Source: Chthonomonadales bacterium (GTDB lineage Bacteria > Armatimonadota > Chthonomonadetes > Chthonomonadales > CAJBBX01). From it: 22,683 nt of DNA. A program made the translations under genes and the position numbers. Shown piece by piece: positions 9,333-18,112 of the stretch. Under the pieces are notes generated by a model. That model saw only the letters and a program-made list of their open reading frames with translations, searched no databases and was not told where the DNA came from. The stretch spans positions 1 through 22,683 of the forward strand of contig JBMFSQ010000037.1 in NCBI GenBank assembly GCA_049967475.1. The letters run 5' to 3'. Positions within the stretch are counted from its first letter, which is position 1, and each line of letters begins with the position of its first letter.

Positions 9333-10499
9333 TTACTGGGGATACCGGCCATACTCCTTTGCCGTATCGTACAGGGCCCAGAGGTTCTCCAGCGGCGTTC
9401 CGGGTGCAAGATTGTTGCCTTCTCTCAAGATGAAACGTCCGCCCTCCATGATGCCGCTTGACAGGATGTGCCGGACTTCGGCGCGGACTTCCTGAGGCGA
9501 GGCATCCCGCAAGAAGGGAGCGGGCGGACCTCCCAGGATCTCCACATCCGGGCCTAGTGCTCGGCGGAGTTCGGCAAAATCTACAGGGAAGCCCGTGTCG
9601 AAGCTCATGATATTCAACTCGGATTTCAGGGTGGGGAAGTGGCGCGTGGCATCTCCGCAAAGGTGGATGCTGTTGGGGCCGCCCTCGGAAAAGGCCCCCA
9701 CGAGGCGCCGGTGAAACGGCAAGATCATCTCCCGGTAGAGGTTCGTAGAGATGAGCTGAAGGGCGTCATCGGCAAAGCCCCATCCCTGCGTTCGGAGCGG
9801 CTGGCCCAGATGCCTGCGGTACGCAGTGATGCGCAGGATCGTCGCCTCCGTGATGTAATCGAGCAAGTCTCTGGCATAAGGCTTGTCGGCGGCCAAATCC
9901 GTAAGGAAGCCGGTGGTTCCGCGCACGTTGCATGCAACCGTCATGGGACCGTCGGTACCCATTCCGGCGGGCGTTACGTCCAGTAGAGGCAGGCCGGCGA
10001 AGGTGAAGCCCTCGTTCTTCCGGCGTTTCATAAACTCCACGTATTGCCAATTCCGCGCCATCCATCCGCCATCGAAGGGATCGGGGAATGGGCGGCGCAG
10101 GAGGGATGTCTTGTTCGCATCCTCCACAAGGAGGGGCACCGTGTCGGGGGGCTGGCCGGGAGCAAAGCGCACCTCGCATCCGAACCATGCGGCTTCGTAG
10201 TAGTTTTGAAAGTCTACATAAACGTGCCACCCGTCGGCGGGTGGGCCCATCTCTGCATCCTGGGGCACGTTGTGACGCACCCAATGTTGATGCTCCAATT
10301 GGCGTACCAGCATGATCTGGGGATCCAGCGTGTACTCTTCAAAGGTGACACCGCGCGGGTTGGCGTCGGCAAGATCCATCGTGAAGCGAGGATTGATGCC
10401 GAAGATCACGGGGACGCGCACGGGCTTGCGTTGGTGGTAGGCTTCCCACACAGAGCGCACTTCGGCGTTGTGCTGGGCGAAATCGGCGACGGAACGCAT
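9333..10499 (-). CDS. URO-D/MtaA-CmuA superfamily protein (not HemE), paralog 2
   Basis: DGPMTVACNVRG, GFADD..LIS..YREMILPFH, IHLCGD, ILREGNNLAPGTPLENL. AAGGAGG RBS supports ATG 10499. Confidence 0.85.
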   Translation of the reverse strand: MRSVADFAQHNAEVRSVWEAYHQRKPVRVPVIFGINPRFTMDLADANPRGVTFEEYTLDPQIMLVRQLEHQHWVRHNVPQDAEMGPPADGWHVYVDFQNYYEAAWFGCEVRFAPGQPPDTVPLLVEDANKTSLLRRPFPDPFDGGWMARNWQYVEFMKRRKNEGFTFAGLPLLDVTPAGMGTDGPMTVACNVRGTTGFLTDLAADKPYARDLLDYITEATILRITAYRRHLGQPLRTQGWGFADDALQLISTNLYREMILPFHRRLVGAFSEGGPNSIHLCGDATRHFPTLKSELNIMSFDTGFPVDFAELRRALGPDVEILGGPPAPFLRDASPQEVRAEVRHILSSGIMEGGRFILREGNNLAPGTPLENLWALYDTAKEYGRYPQ

Positions 10500-10565
10500 G
10501 GGGCGGCCTCCTTCCGGCAGGTACTGCAACAAGGATCACAACGCCTCCAATGCAGACGTTTAGGT

Positions 10566-10613
10566 GCATCGCCCACGTTCTCCTGCACGGGTGCAGGAAT
10601 CAATCTTGGATGC
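10566..10613. promoter_or_regulatory. Dyad-symmetric element in the divergent intergenic region (operator or back-to-back promoters)
   Basis: GCATC-N10-TCCTGCAC-GG-GTGCAGGA-N10-GATGC; the named blocks are symmetric about 10589/10590. Confidence 0.5.
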
Positions 10614-10648
10614 GGGAAAGTTGCAACAAAGGATCCTTGGAGGCGCAG

Positions 10649-12751
10649 ATGAAGAAGATAACGCTGATTGCAAGCGTTTTGACTGTATGCTGGGCCATGG
10701 CGGCATATGGGGCAAGAGGCACGGCGATCTACGTAGCGCCGGACGGGAACGATGCCTGGAGCGGGCGTGCGCCCCATCCCAACCGAACGCACTCCGACGG
10801 CCCCTTCCGCACCTTGGAACGAGCCCGAGGCGCAGTGCGCACGCTGCTGGCACGGGGCCCTTCGGCTTCTGGGCCCATCACTATATGGATCGCTGGGGGG
10901 ACCTACGCCCTCGTGGGCCCGCTGGAACTCGGCCCTCAGGACAGTGGCTCCCAAGGCGCTCCTGTAACCTGGCGAGCCCAGCCCGGGCAGCAGGTGCGCA
11001 TCTCCGGGGGCATCGCCCTCTCGGGTTTTGAGCCCGTTAAAGATCCGGCTGTATTGGAGAGGCTCGATGCTTCCGCACGGGGGCACGTGCTCCAAGTGAA
11101 CCTTGCATCTCTTGGTCTGCATAACCTGCCGGGCATTCAGGCTGCCATGGGATGGAGCAATTCACGGCCCGGTGTCGAGCTCTTTTTCGAGGACCGTCCC
11201 ATGACGCTCGCGCGCTGGCCCAACCGCGGCTTCGCGCGCATCTCCGGCGTCGCCGGCTCCAAACCCGTGGACATCCGCGGCGTGAAGGGCGACGCAGTGG
11301 GCGCCATCAAATATGAGGGAGACCGCCCCCTGAGGTGGGTAGGCGAGAAGGAAGTTTGGCTCCATGGGTATTGGTTCTGGGATTGGGCCGACGAGCGCGA
11401 ACGCGTGGAGCGGATAGACCCCGCCGGCCATACCATCTATCTGCAGCCTCCCTACCATGCCTATGGATACCGGCCGGGCCAATGGTTCTACGCAGAGAAT
11501 GTGCTCAGCGAGCTGGATGAGCCTGGGGAGTACATGGTGGATCACCAGGCAGACATGCTTTACTTCTGGCCGCCTGGGCCTCTCAAAGAAGGCCGGCCCA
11601 CCCTTTCGCTGACGGAAGGGCTGTTGCATGTATCCGACGCCCGCTACGTAACCTTCCGCGGCCTGATCTTCGAGGATTGCCGTGGAACCGCCATCACCGT
11701 CCAGGGCGGCAGCAATGTGCGGGTTGTAGGTTGCGTCATCCGCAACACCGGAAGTTGGGCCGTGTCTATGGCGCAGTCACCAGGCAGCGAAGTGGAGGGA
11801 TGTGATATCTACGGCAACGGCGACGGCGGCGTAATCCTCGAAGGAGGGGACCGCATAACCCTCACGCCCGCGCGCATGGCTGTGGATAACTGCCACATCC
11901 ACCATTACGCCCGTTGGAACCCAGTCTACAAACCCGCTGTGATGGTGGGAGGCGTAGGCAACCGCGTTACTCACAACCTCATAGACAACGCGCCCCATAT
12001 GGCCATCGGGTTCGGTGGGAATGACCACCTCATCGAATACAACGAGATCCATTCCGTGTGTTATCAATCCAATGACGCAGGGGCCATGTATGCAGGGCGC
12101 AACTGGACCATGCGGGGCACCATCGTCCGGTATAACTACCTCCACGACATCAGCGGCTTTGAGGGTCGGGGATGCGTTGGAGTATATTTGGACGACCAAT
12201 TCTGCGGTACCCAAATCTACGGGAATGTGTTCTGGAAGGTAACTCGGGCTGCCATGATCGGCGGGGGACGGGATTGTTCCATCGTCAACAATATCTTCGT
12301 GGATTGCGTGCCAGCACTCCATATAGATGCCCGGGGATTGGGATGGGCAGCAGACGGCTTCGAGGGCCTCAAGGCCAGTCTGGAGGCGATGCCCTACCGG
12401 CGGCCTCCATGGAGTGATCGGTATCCACAGCTTGTAAACATTCTGCAGGACGACCCCATGGCTCCCAAAGGGAATGTGGTGGAGCGGAACATCTGCGTGG
12501 GCGGCCGATGGGGAGATATCGAGGAAAAGGCCCGCAAGTACGTGCAATTCCGCGACAACATGATCCAGGAAGATCCCGGCTTTGTAAATGCAGCCAAGGG
12601 CGATTTCCGCCTCAAGCCCAGTTCTCGAGCGTGGGCCATAGGTTTTCGCCGCATCCCGGTGGAGAAGATCGGCCTCTACCGCAGTCCCGAAAGGGCTTCG
12701 TGGCCCGTGACGTCCAAGGTGCGCCCTGCAGGGTCGGACACGGTGCGTTGA
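10649..12751 (+). CDS. Secreted right-handed parallel beta-helix protein, GH141-like putative glycoside hydrolase or lyase
   Basis: GGAGG RBS, Sec signal MKKITLIASVLTVCWAMAAYG, IYVAPDGNDAWSG..DGPFRTLERAR, LARWPN, AENVLSELDEPGEY, and Asn-ladder repeats (HNLIDN, IEYNEIH, VRYNYLHD, GVYLDD, IYGNVF). Confidence 0.85.
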   Translation: MKKITLIASVLTVCWAMAAYGARGTAIYVAPDGNDAWSGRAPHPNRTHSDGPFRTLERARGAVRTLLARGPSASGPITIWIAGGTYALVGPLELGPQDSGSQGAPVTWRAQPGQQVRISGGIALSGFEPVKDPAVLERLDASARGHVLQVNLASLGLHNLPGIQAAMGWSNSRPGVELFFEDRPMTLARWPNRGFARISGVAGSKPVDIRGVKGDAVGAIKYEGDRPLRWVGEKEVWLHGYWFWDWADERERVERIDPAGHTIYLQPPYHAYGYRPGQWFYAENVLSELDEPGEYMVDHQADMLYFWPPGPLKEGRPTLSLTEGLLHVSDARYVTFRGLIFEDCRGTAITVQGGSNVRVVGCVIRNTGSWAVSMAQSPGSEVEGCDIYGNGDGGVILEGGDRITLTPARMAVDNCHIHHYARWNPVYKPAVMVGGVGNRVTHNLIDNAPHMAIGFGGNDHLIEYNEIHSVCYQSNDAGAMYAGRNWTMRGTIVRYNYLHDISGFEGRGCVGVYLDDQFCGTQIYGNVFWKVTRAAMIGGGRDCSIVNNIFVDCVPALHIDARGLGWAADGFEGLKASLEAMPYRRPPWSDRYPQLVNILQDDPMAPKGNVVERNICVGGRWGDIEEKARKYVQFRDNMIQEDPGFVNAAKGDFRLKPSSRAWAIGFRRIPVEKIGLYRSPERASWPVTSKVRPAGSDTVR

Positions 12752-12834
12752 GTGCGCTGTGCAACCATTGGCCCTGACGAAAACGTAGAAAGAACGCGTA
12801 GACGCATATAAGGTCCGCTGGAGGATTGAGGAGT

Positions 12835-13776
12835 ATGAACCGAAGGGAATTTCTATCCGCTGCCGGGGCGGGCGTGGCAGCAGCCATATCGGAAGCCCGC
12901 GCACAGGACCGGCCCATTCCCAGGCGCGTGCTGGGGCGTACCGGCGCGAAGCTCTCCATTATCGGTATGGGAGGTATCGTCGTCATCGGTATGTCGCAAG
13001 ATGCCGCCAATTCCATTGTGCGCGAAGCGATTGACCGCGGAGTGAACTACTTCGACGTCGCGCCCAGTTACGGAGCAGGCGAAGCGGAAGAGAAGCTGGG
13101 CGGCGCCCTCCAGGGATATCGGGACAAGGTGTTCCTTGCATGCAAAACGGCCCGCCGCGACAAAGCCGGAGCGGAAGCCGAATTGCACACTTCGCTGAAG
13201 CGGCTTCGCACCGATCATTTCGATCTCTACCAGCTCCATGCGCTCACTACAGCCGACGACGTGCAAAAGGCGCTCGGTCCTGGGGGAGCCATGGAGGCCT
13301 TTGTGGAAGCGCGCCAGAAGGGGCTGGTGAAGCACCTGGGCTTCTCCGCCCATTCCGTGGAAGCGGCCCTCCAGGCGATGAACGGTTTCAATTTCGACAC
13401 CATCCTCTTCCCGTTCAATTGGGTATGCTGGTCCCAGGGCGATTTCGGGCCTCAGGTGCTCAAAGCCGCCCAGGCAAAGGGCATGGGGCGCCTGGCGCTG
13501 AAAGCCATGGCCTACCACCCGTGGCCTCAAGGCGCACCGCACACCTATCCCAAGTGCTGGTACGAGCCGGTGAGCGAACCGGATCTTGCAAAAGATGCTC
13601 TGCGGTTCACTCTATCCCTTCCGGTGACCGCTGCGATCCCTCCGGGGGATGAACGCCTCTTCCGGATGGCCCTGGAGTACGCCGGCACCTTCACTCCACT
13701 GAAAGCAGCGGAACGGCAGAGGCTCCTCCAGAAGGCGGCAGGCGTGCAGCCCATCTTCCGCCACGCGACTGCTTGA
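12835..13776 (+). CDS. Aldo/keto reductase with twin-arginine signal peptide
   Basis: MNRREFL...ARA|QD Tat signal, RRVLGRTG, GVNYFDVAPSYG (Asp, Tyr), LACKT (Lys), SLKRLRTDHFDLYQLH (His), LGFSAH. Confidence 0.9.
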   Translation: MNRREFLSAAGAGVAAAISEARAQDRPIPRRVLGRTGAKLSIIGMGGIVVIGMSQDAANSIVREAIDRGVNYFDVAPSYGAGEAEEKLGGALQGYRDKVFLACKTARRDKAGAEAELHTSLKRLRTDHFDLYQLHALTTADDVQKALGPGGAMEAFVEARQKGLVKHLGFSAHSVEAALQAMNGFNFDTILFPFNWVCWSQGDFGPQVLKAAQAKGMGRLALKAMAYHPWPQGAPHTYPKCWYEPVSEPDLAKDALRFTLSLPVTAAIPPGDERLFRMALEYAGTFTPLKAAERQRLLQKAAGVQPIFRHATA

Positions 13777-13804
13777 CGCCGGCGCTCAGCCCGCCGCAAA
13801 ACAT

Positions 13805-15034
13805 CTAGTCACTTTCCACTAGGCTGCGCGCGATGCGGCTCCATTCGTCGAAGCGCTCTGGCCGGCCGCCGCACGTGTGGGTGTCCTTTAGGATCATCTC
13901 GAGCGTGCAATCGCGCGCAGCCTCCAGGGTGTGGCGGATGTAGGGCTCGAGCGTGTCACGCCGAACGTCATCCAGCAGGAAGGTGGGATCGGGCTTCCAG
14001 GAGAAGATCGCCCGGTTCCCCAGCTTGTGGGCGCAGATGTCCACATCGGCCGAAGGGGCGATCGAGATGCGCCGGATGCGGGGGATGGTAAGCACATCTT
14101 CCAGCTTCTGGGAAAGGTCCTCGCAGCAGCCGTATCCGTTGAGGCCGAAGGGCTCCAGGAGCTTCACCTCGTACTGTAAAGCAAATTCCCGGTGCATCTT
14201 TGGGGACACTTGGGCCATTTCCTGGGATTCGGCGGAAGCCCACATGTCGCAGGGCCGCACGTGTTCGGGATCGAAGCCCGGTGCGGGAAGCTCATCCGTA
14301 TATCCTACTCCGCCCGATGAGTGGTACGTATTGTCATTATTGAGGCTGAGGAGGTTCTGTTCGTAATATTGCTGCACGATGCGCCGATTTCCTTCCGCCA
14401 GAAAGGCCATGGCGTCGTGGAGCATCCCCGGGTTCAGCCGCATGTCCACCATCACCTGCTCCAGTCCGCGCAAGGCTGTGTAGTGGTGCATGAGGTGAAA
14501 GGATATGTGGGCGACGCCTTTGAGCTTGACCTCCAGGATATCCCCAAACAGATCCTGGGCCAATGCCATTCTTCGCTGCGTCTCGGCCTCGTCATGGATC
14601 ACTTCGGGGAACCGCAACTTCTTGAGATCTGCGGGGGTGTGGATCACCGGATCGAAGGCCCAGGCGCCTCGTGCCGTAGTGCTGTCCCGATGCCTGGGTT
14701 CAAGGCCCCAACTCGTTAGGCGGATCGCCTTGGGCACCACCCATTCCCGCTCCACCACGTTATCGCTCTCGAAGTGGCGATAAACGTAGATGCGGCGGCG
14801 GAGCTCCCATTCGATGGACCGCGCTTCGGCGTCCCGGCACTCCAGCACGCTGTCTGGAAGCAGTTCACACCAGGCGCCTTCAGGGAAGATAAGGATCATA
14901 GGCCTTCCGCGTTTGAGAGCGTTGTGGCGCTTCCACTCCTTCCGGCGCGATTCCATCACAGGCATGGAGGATATCTCGGCCACTTCCTTGGCAAGATCGC
15001 GGAGCACGGCGCGGTCGTGAAGGTCCGTCGGCAT
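13805..15034 (-). CDS. Divergent URO-D-superfamily-like protein (YGCCE type), paralog 3
   Basis: TALRGLEQVMVDMRLNPGMLHDAM, VSPKMHREFALQYE, NGYGCCE, IFSWKPDP, EMILKDTHT. The overall layout resembles the URO-D barrel. Confidence 0.7.
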   Translation of the reverse strand: MPTDLHDRAVLRDLAKEVAEISSMPVMESRRKEWKRHNALKRGRPMILIFPEGAWCELLPDSVLECRDAEARSIEWELRRRIYVYRHFESDNVVEREWVVPKAIRLTSWGLEPRHRDSTTARGAWAFDPVIHTPADLKKLRFPEVIHDEAETQRRMALAQDLFGDILEVKLKGVAHISFHLMHHYTALRGLEQVMVDMRLNPGMLHDAMAFLAEGNRRIVQQYYEQNLLSLNNDNTYHSSGGVGYTDELPAPGFDPEHVRPCDMWASAESQEMAQVSPKMHREFALQYEVKLLEPFGLNGYGCCEDLSQKLEDVLTIPRIRRISIAPSADVDICAHKLGNRAIFSWKPDPTFLLDDVRRDTLEPYIRHTLEAARDCTLEMILKDTHTCGGRPERFDEWSRIARSLVESD

Positions 15035-15192
15035 GATGGCATACCTCAGCTAGGATGGGGTCGCTGATCCATTCGCCTCAACGCCTCTTTTCCACTTCAC
15101 TCGATCGTTCAAGGAGGAGAAGAGAGGCGATGCCGCGTAACATTGCTCGGTGCGTGTACGGCTCGGAGAGGGGCTCCCGAAGGAGAAAGACG

Positions 15193-16686
15193 ATGAAGGC
15201 CATTATGGTGATGTTCGACTCGCTCAACCGCCACTTTTTGCCGCCCTACGGGTGCGATTGGACGCATGCGCCCAACTTTGCCCGGCTGGCTCGCCGCGCC
15301 GTAACCTTCGACCGCTCCTACGTATGCTCCATGCCGTGCATGCCTGCGCGGCGCGATCTGCACACGGCCCGCCCAAACTTCCTCCACAGGGCATGGGGTC
15401 CGCTGGAGCCCTTTGATGACTCCATTCCCGAAATGCTGCACAAAGCCGGGGTATACACACACCTCGCCAGCGACCACTACCACTACTGGGAAGATGGCGG
15501 AGCGACATACCATAATCGGTACAGCACGTGGGAATTCTTCCGCGGTCAAGAGGGCGATTTGTGGCGCGGGCAGGTTGCGGATCCTCCGCTTCCGCCCAAC
15601 GCCCGGGGCCGGCATTCCCGCCTTGATGGGTATACGCGCCAGGATCTCATCAACCGCGCTGCCATGGCCCGCGAGAGCGACCAGCCCCAACCCCAGACTT
15701 TTGCGGCCGGGCTTGATTTTATCCGCCGAAACGCTTCGGAAGACCGCTGGTTCCTCCAGATCGAAACCTTCGATCCCCATGAGCCCTTCTTCTGCAGCCG
15801 CCACTACAAGGACCGTTATCCTTACGACCCCGATCAGTTCTTCTTCGATTGGCCCTTCTATCGCCGCGTGCAAGAAGCACCGGAAGAGATCCAACATCTG
15901 CGGTACAACTACGCGGCCCTCGTGTCGCAATGCGATGCCTATCTAGGCGACGTGCTGGATCTTATGGATGAACTGGACTTGTGGAAAGACACCCTGCTCA
16001 TGGTATGGACGGACCACGGCTTCATGCTGGGCGAGCATGACTGCCTGGCCAAGATCTGGATGCCCTTCTATGAGGAGGTTGCCCACACACCCTTCTTCAT
16101 GTGGGATCCCCGTTCGGGTGTGCAGGGAGTGCGCCGGAAGAGCCTGGTCCAGCCGGCCCTCGACCTTGGCCCGACCCTGTTGGAATACTTTGGTTTGGAA
16201 ACAACGCCGTCCATGGTAGGCCGTTCCCTGGCAGGGGTGGTTCGGGATGACACACCGGTGCGCCGATCTGCTCTCTTCGGCATGCATGGAGGCCAGGTGA
16301 ACGTAACCGACGGCCGTTACGTGTACATGCGGGCCCCTGCCAATCCACGCAATGAACCGCTCTACAACTATACGCTCATGCCTACGGCCATGCGTGGGTA
16401 TCTGCCCTTGGGTGAGCTTGCCCAAGCGGAACTTGCCCCGCCCTTCTCCTTCACAAAAGACTGCCCTGTGCTGCGCATACCCGCTCGGCGGCCCCTGGAT
16501 CCGGCAACCGGGCTTTGCGACACCGTGTTGTGGGACCTCGAGGAAGATCCGCGTCAGGAACACCCCATTAAGGACGAAGGAGTCGAGGAGAGGCTGGCTG
16601 ATGAACTCGCGCAGTTGATGCAGGAATTCGACGCCCCAAGGGAGCAGTACGATCGCTTGGGGCTGCCGAGACCCCATTGCGGTTGA
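15193..16686 (+). CDS. Cys-type (formylglycine-dependent) sulfatase, no signal peptide
   Basis: AAGGAG RBS, VMFDSL, CMPAR (CxPxR signature), FDPHEPF, VWTDHGFMLGEH, LWDLEEDPRQEH. Confidence 0.92.
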   Translation: MKAIMVMFDSLNRHFLPPYGCDWTHAPNFARLARRAVTFDRSYVCSMPCMPARRDLHTARPNFLHRAWGPLEPFDDSIPEMLHKAGVYTHLASDHYHYWEDGGATYHNRYSTWEFFRGQEGDLWRGQVADPPLPPNARGRHSRLDGYTRQDLINRAAMARESDQPQPQTFAAGLDFIRRNASEDRWFLQIETFDPHEPFFCSRHYKDRYPYDPDQFFFDWPFYRRVQEAPEEIQHLRYNYAALVSQCDAYLGDVLDLMDELDLWKDTLLMVWTDHGFMLGEHDCLAKIWMPFYEEVAHTPFFMWDPRSGVQGVRRKSLVQPALDLGPTLLEYFGLETTPSMVGRSLAGVVRDDTPVRRSALFGMHGGQVNVTDGRYVYMRAPANPRNEPLYNYTLMPTAMRGYLPLGELAQAELAPPFSFTKDCPVLRIPARRPLDPATGLCDTVLWDLEEDPRQEHPIKDEGVEERLADELAQLMQEFDAPREQYDRLGLPRPHCG

Positions 16687-16696
16687 GCCGGCAGTA

Positions 16697-18097
16697 ATGG
16701 GCGGGCAGCCTTCACCAGGCACGAATATCGTTGCGGACGTACGCCGCAGGCGCCCGATAGCCTTCCACGTGATGACGAAGCCCATCGGGCCTGCATGCAA
16801 TCTGGATTGCGCCTACTGCTTCTACTTGGAAAAGGAGGCCCTTCTCCGAAGCGAAGGCCGGGCGCTCCCCGGGCTGCGCATGCCCGATCCTGTTCTGGAA
16901 ACCTACATCCGGGAATACATCCGGCAGCAGGATGTGGATGAAATCAGCTTCGCATGGCAGGGCGGCGAGCCCACACTCCTAGGGGTGGATTTCTTCCGCC
17001 GCGTAGTGGAGCTGCAGCAGCGATATTCCCAAGGGAAACGCATCCATAACGCTCTGCAAACAAACGCCACCCTTCTGGACGACGCGTGGGGATCATTCCT
17101 AGCCGAAAACCGCTTTTTGGTAGGTGTCAGTCTGGATGGTCCCCAGCAGCTTCACGATGCATACCGGGTAACCCGACACGGCGAGCCGACGTTCCACCGC
17201 GTCATGGCGGGGATCGAGATCCTCAAACGTCACGGGGTTGAATTCAACCTGCTTACAGTGGTCCACCGCATCAACTCCCGCGCTCCGCTGGAAGTCTACC
17301 GCTTCCTTCGGAATGTGGGATCCGGCTTTATTCAGTTCATCCCGTTGGTGGAGCGCGTGCGCAGGCCGGGTCTCCAGGTTGAGGGGCGGCGAACCTCCTT
17401 CGCTTCCCCGGACGATGCGGGTGCGTGCCTGCATCCCTCCAGCGTGCTGCCGGAAGATTGGGGATCCTTTTTGTGCGCGGTTTTCGATGAATGGGTGCGC
17501 TGCGACGTGGGCCGCGTTTTCGTGAACCTGTTCGACGTGGCGCTGGGTCAATGGCTGGGGGAAGGATCGAGCCTCTGCGTATTTGCAGAACGGTGCGGCG
17601 AGGCGCTGGCCATGGAACACAATGGAGATCTTTACTCGTGTGACCACTACGTTTATCCGGCCTATCGCCTCGGCAACATCCTCGACACGCCTTTGAGGCA
17701 GATGGTCTTCTCGGAATTTCAGAGGGGCTTCGGAAATGCAAAGAGGGACGCTTTGCCGCGCATGTGCCGGGAATGTCCCGTGCTCTTCGCCTGCAATGGA
17801 GAATGCCCCAAGCATCGGTTCCTCACCACGCCGGACGGCGAGCCTGGGTTGAACTACCTCTGCTCAGGGTACCGGCGCTTTTTCACACACATAGGCCCCG
17901 CCATGAGGGTTATGGCAGATCTGTGCAAACAAGGCCGTGCTCCAGCCGAGATCATGCGGATCGGGCTCACCGCCGCACCAGGGGCACGCAGAGTGGGAAG
18001 GAATGATCCCTGCCCGTGCGGCAGCGGTCTAAAATACAAGCGGTGTTGCCTGCCCGGCAAGAGATCTCCGGCCGTGGAAGTGCTGGAGAACGAGTAA
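16697..18097 (+). CDS. Anaerobic sulfatase-maturating radical SAM/SPASM enzyme (anSME, AslB/ChuR family) with C-terminal SEC-C motif
   Basis: KPIGPACNLDCAYCFY (CxxxCxxC), WQGGEPTL, GVSLDGP, NGDLYSCDHY, CRECPVLFACNGECPKHRF, NYLCSGY, VGRNDPCPCGSGLKYKRCC. Lies directly downstream of a sulfatase. Confidence 0.95.
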   Translation: MGGQPSPGTNIVADVRRRRPIAFHVMTKPIGPACNLDCAYCFYLEKEALLRSEGRALPGLRMPDPVLETYIREYIRQQDVDEISFAWQGGEPTLLGVDFFRRVVELQQRYSQGKRIHNALQTNATLLDDAWGSFLAENRFLVGVSLDGPQQLHDAYRVTRHGEPTFHRVMAGIEILKRHGVEFNLLTVVHRINSRAPLEVYRFLRNVGSGFIQFIPLVERVRRPGLQVEGRRTSFASPDDAGACLHPSSVLPEDWGSFLCAVFDEWVRCDVGRVFVNLFDVALGQWLGEGSSLCVFAERCGEALAMEHNGDLYSCDHYVYPAYRLGNILDTPLRQMVFSEFQRGFGNAKRDALPRMCRECPVLFACNGECPKHRFLTTPDGEPGLNYLCSGYRRFFTHIGPAMRVMADLCKQGRAPAEIMRIGLTAAPGARRVGRNDPCPCGSGLKYKRCCLPGKRSPAVEVLENE

Positions 18098-18112
18098 GGG
18101 CTGGAGGATGTG

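Noticed and set aside
8074..15034. Calling the URO-D-like genes hemE (heme biosynthesis)
   Set aside because: No RQAGR motif, no neighbouring hem genes, and putative metal-ligand motifs (HLCG, YGCCE) instead.
17990..18050. SEC-C motif suggesting a secA fragment or novel fusion
   Set aside because: C-terminal SEC-C motifs are a known appendage of anaerobic sulfatase maturases.
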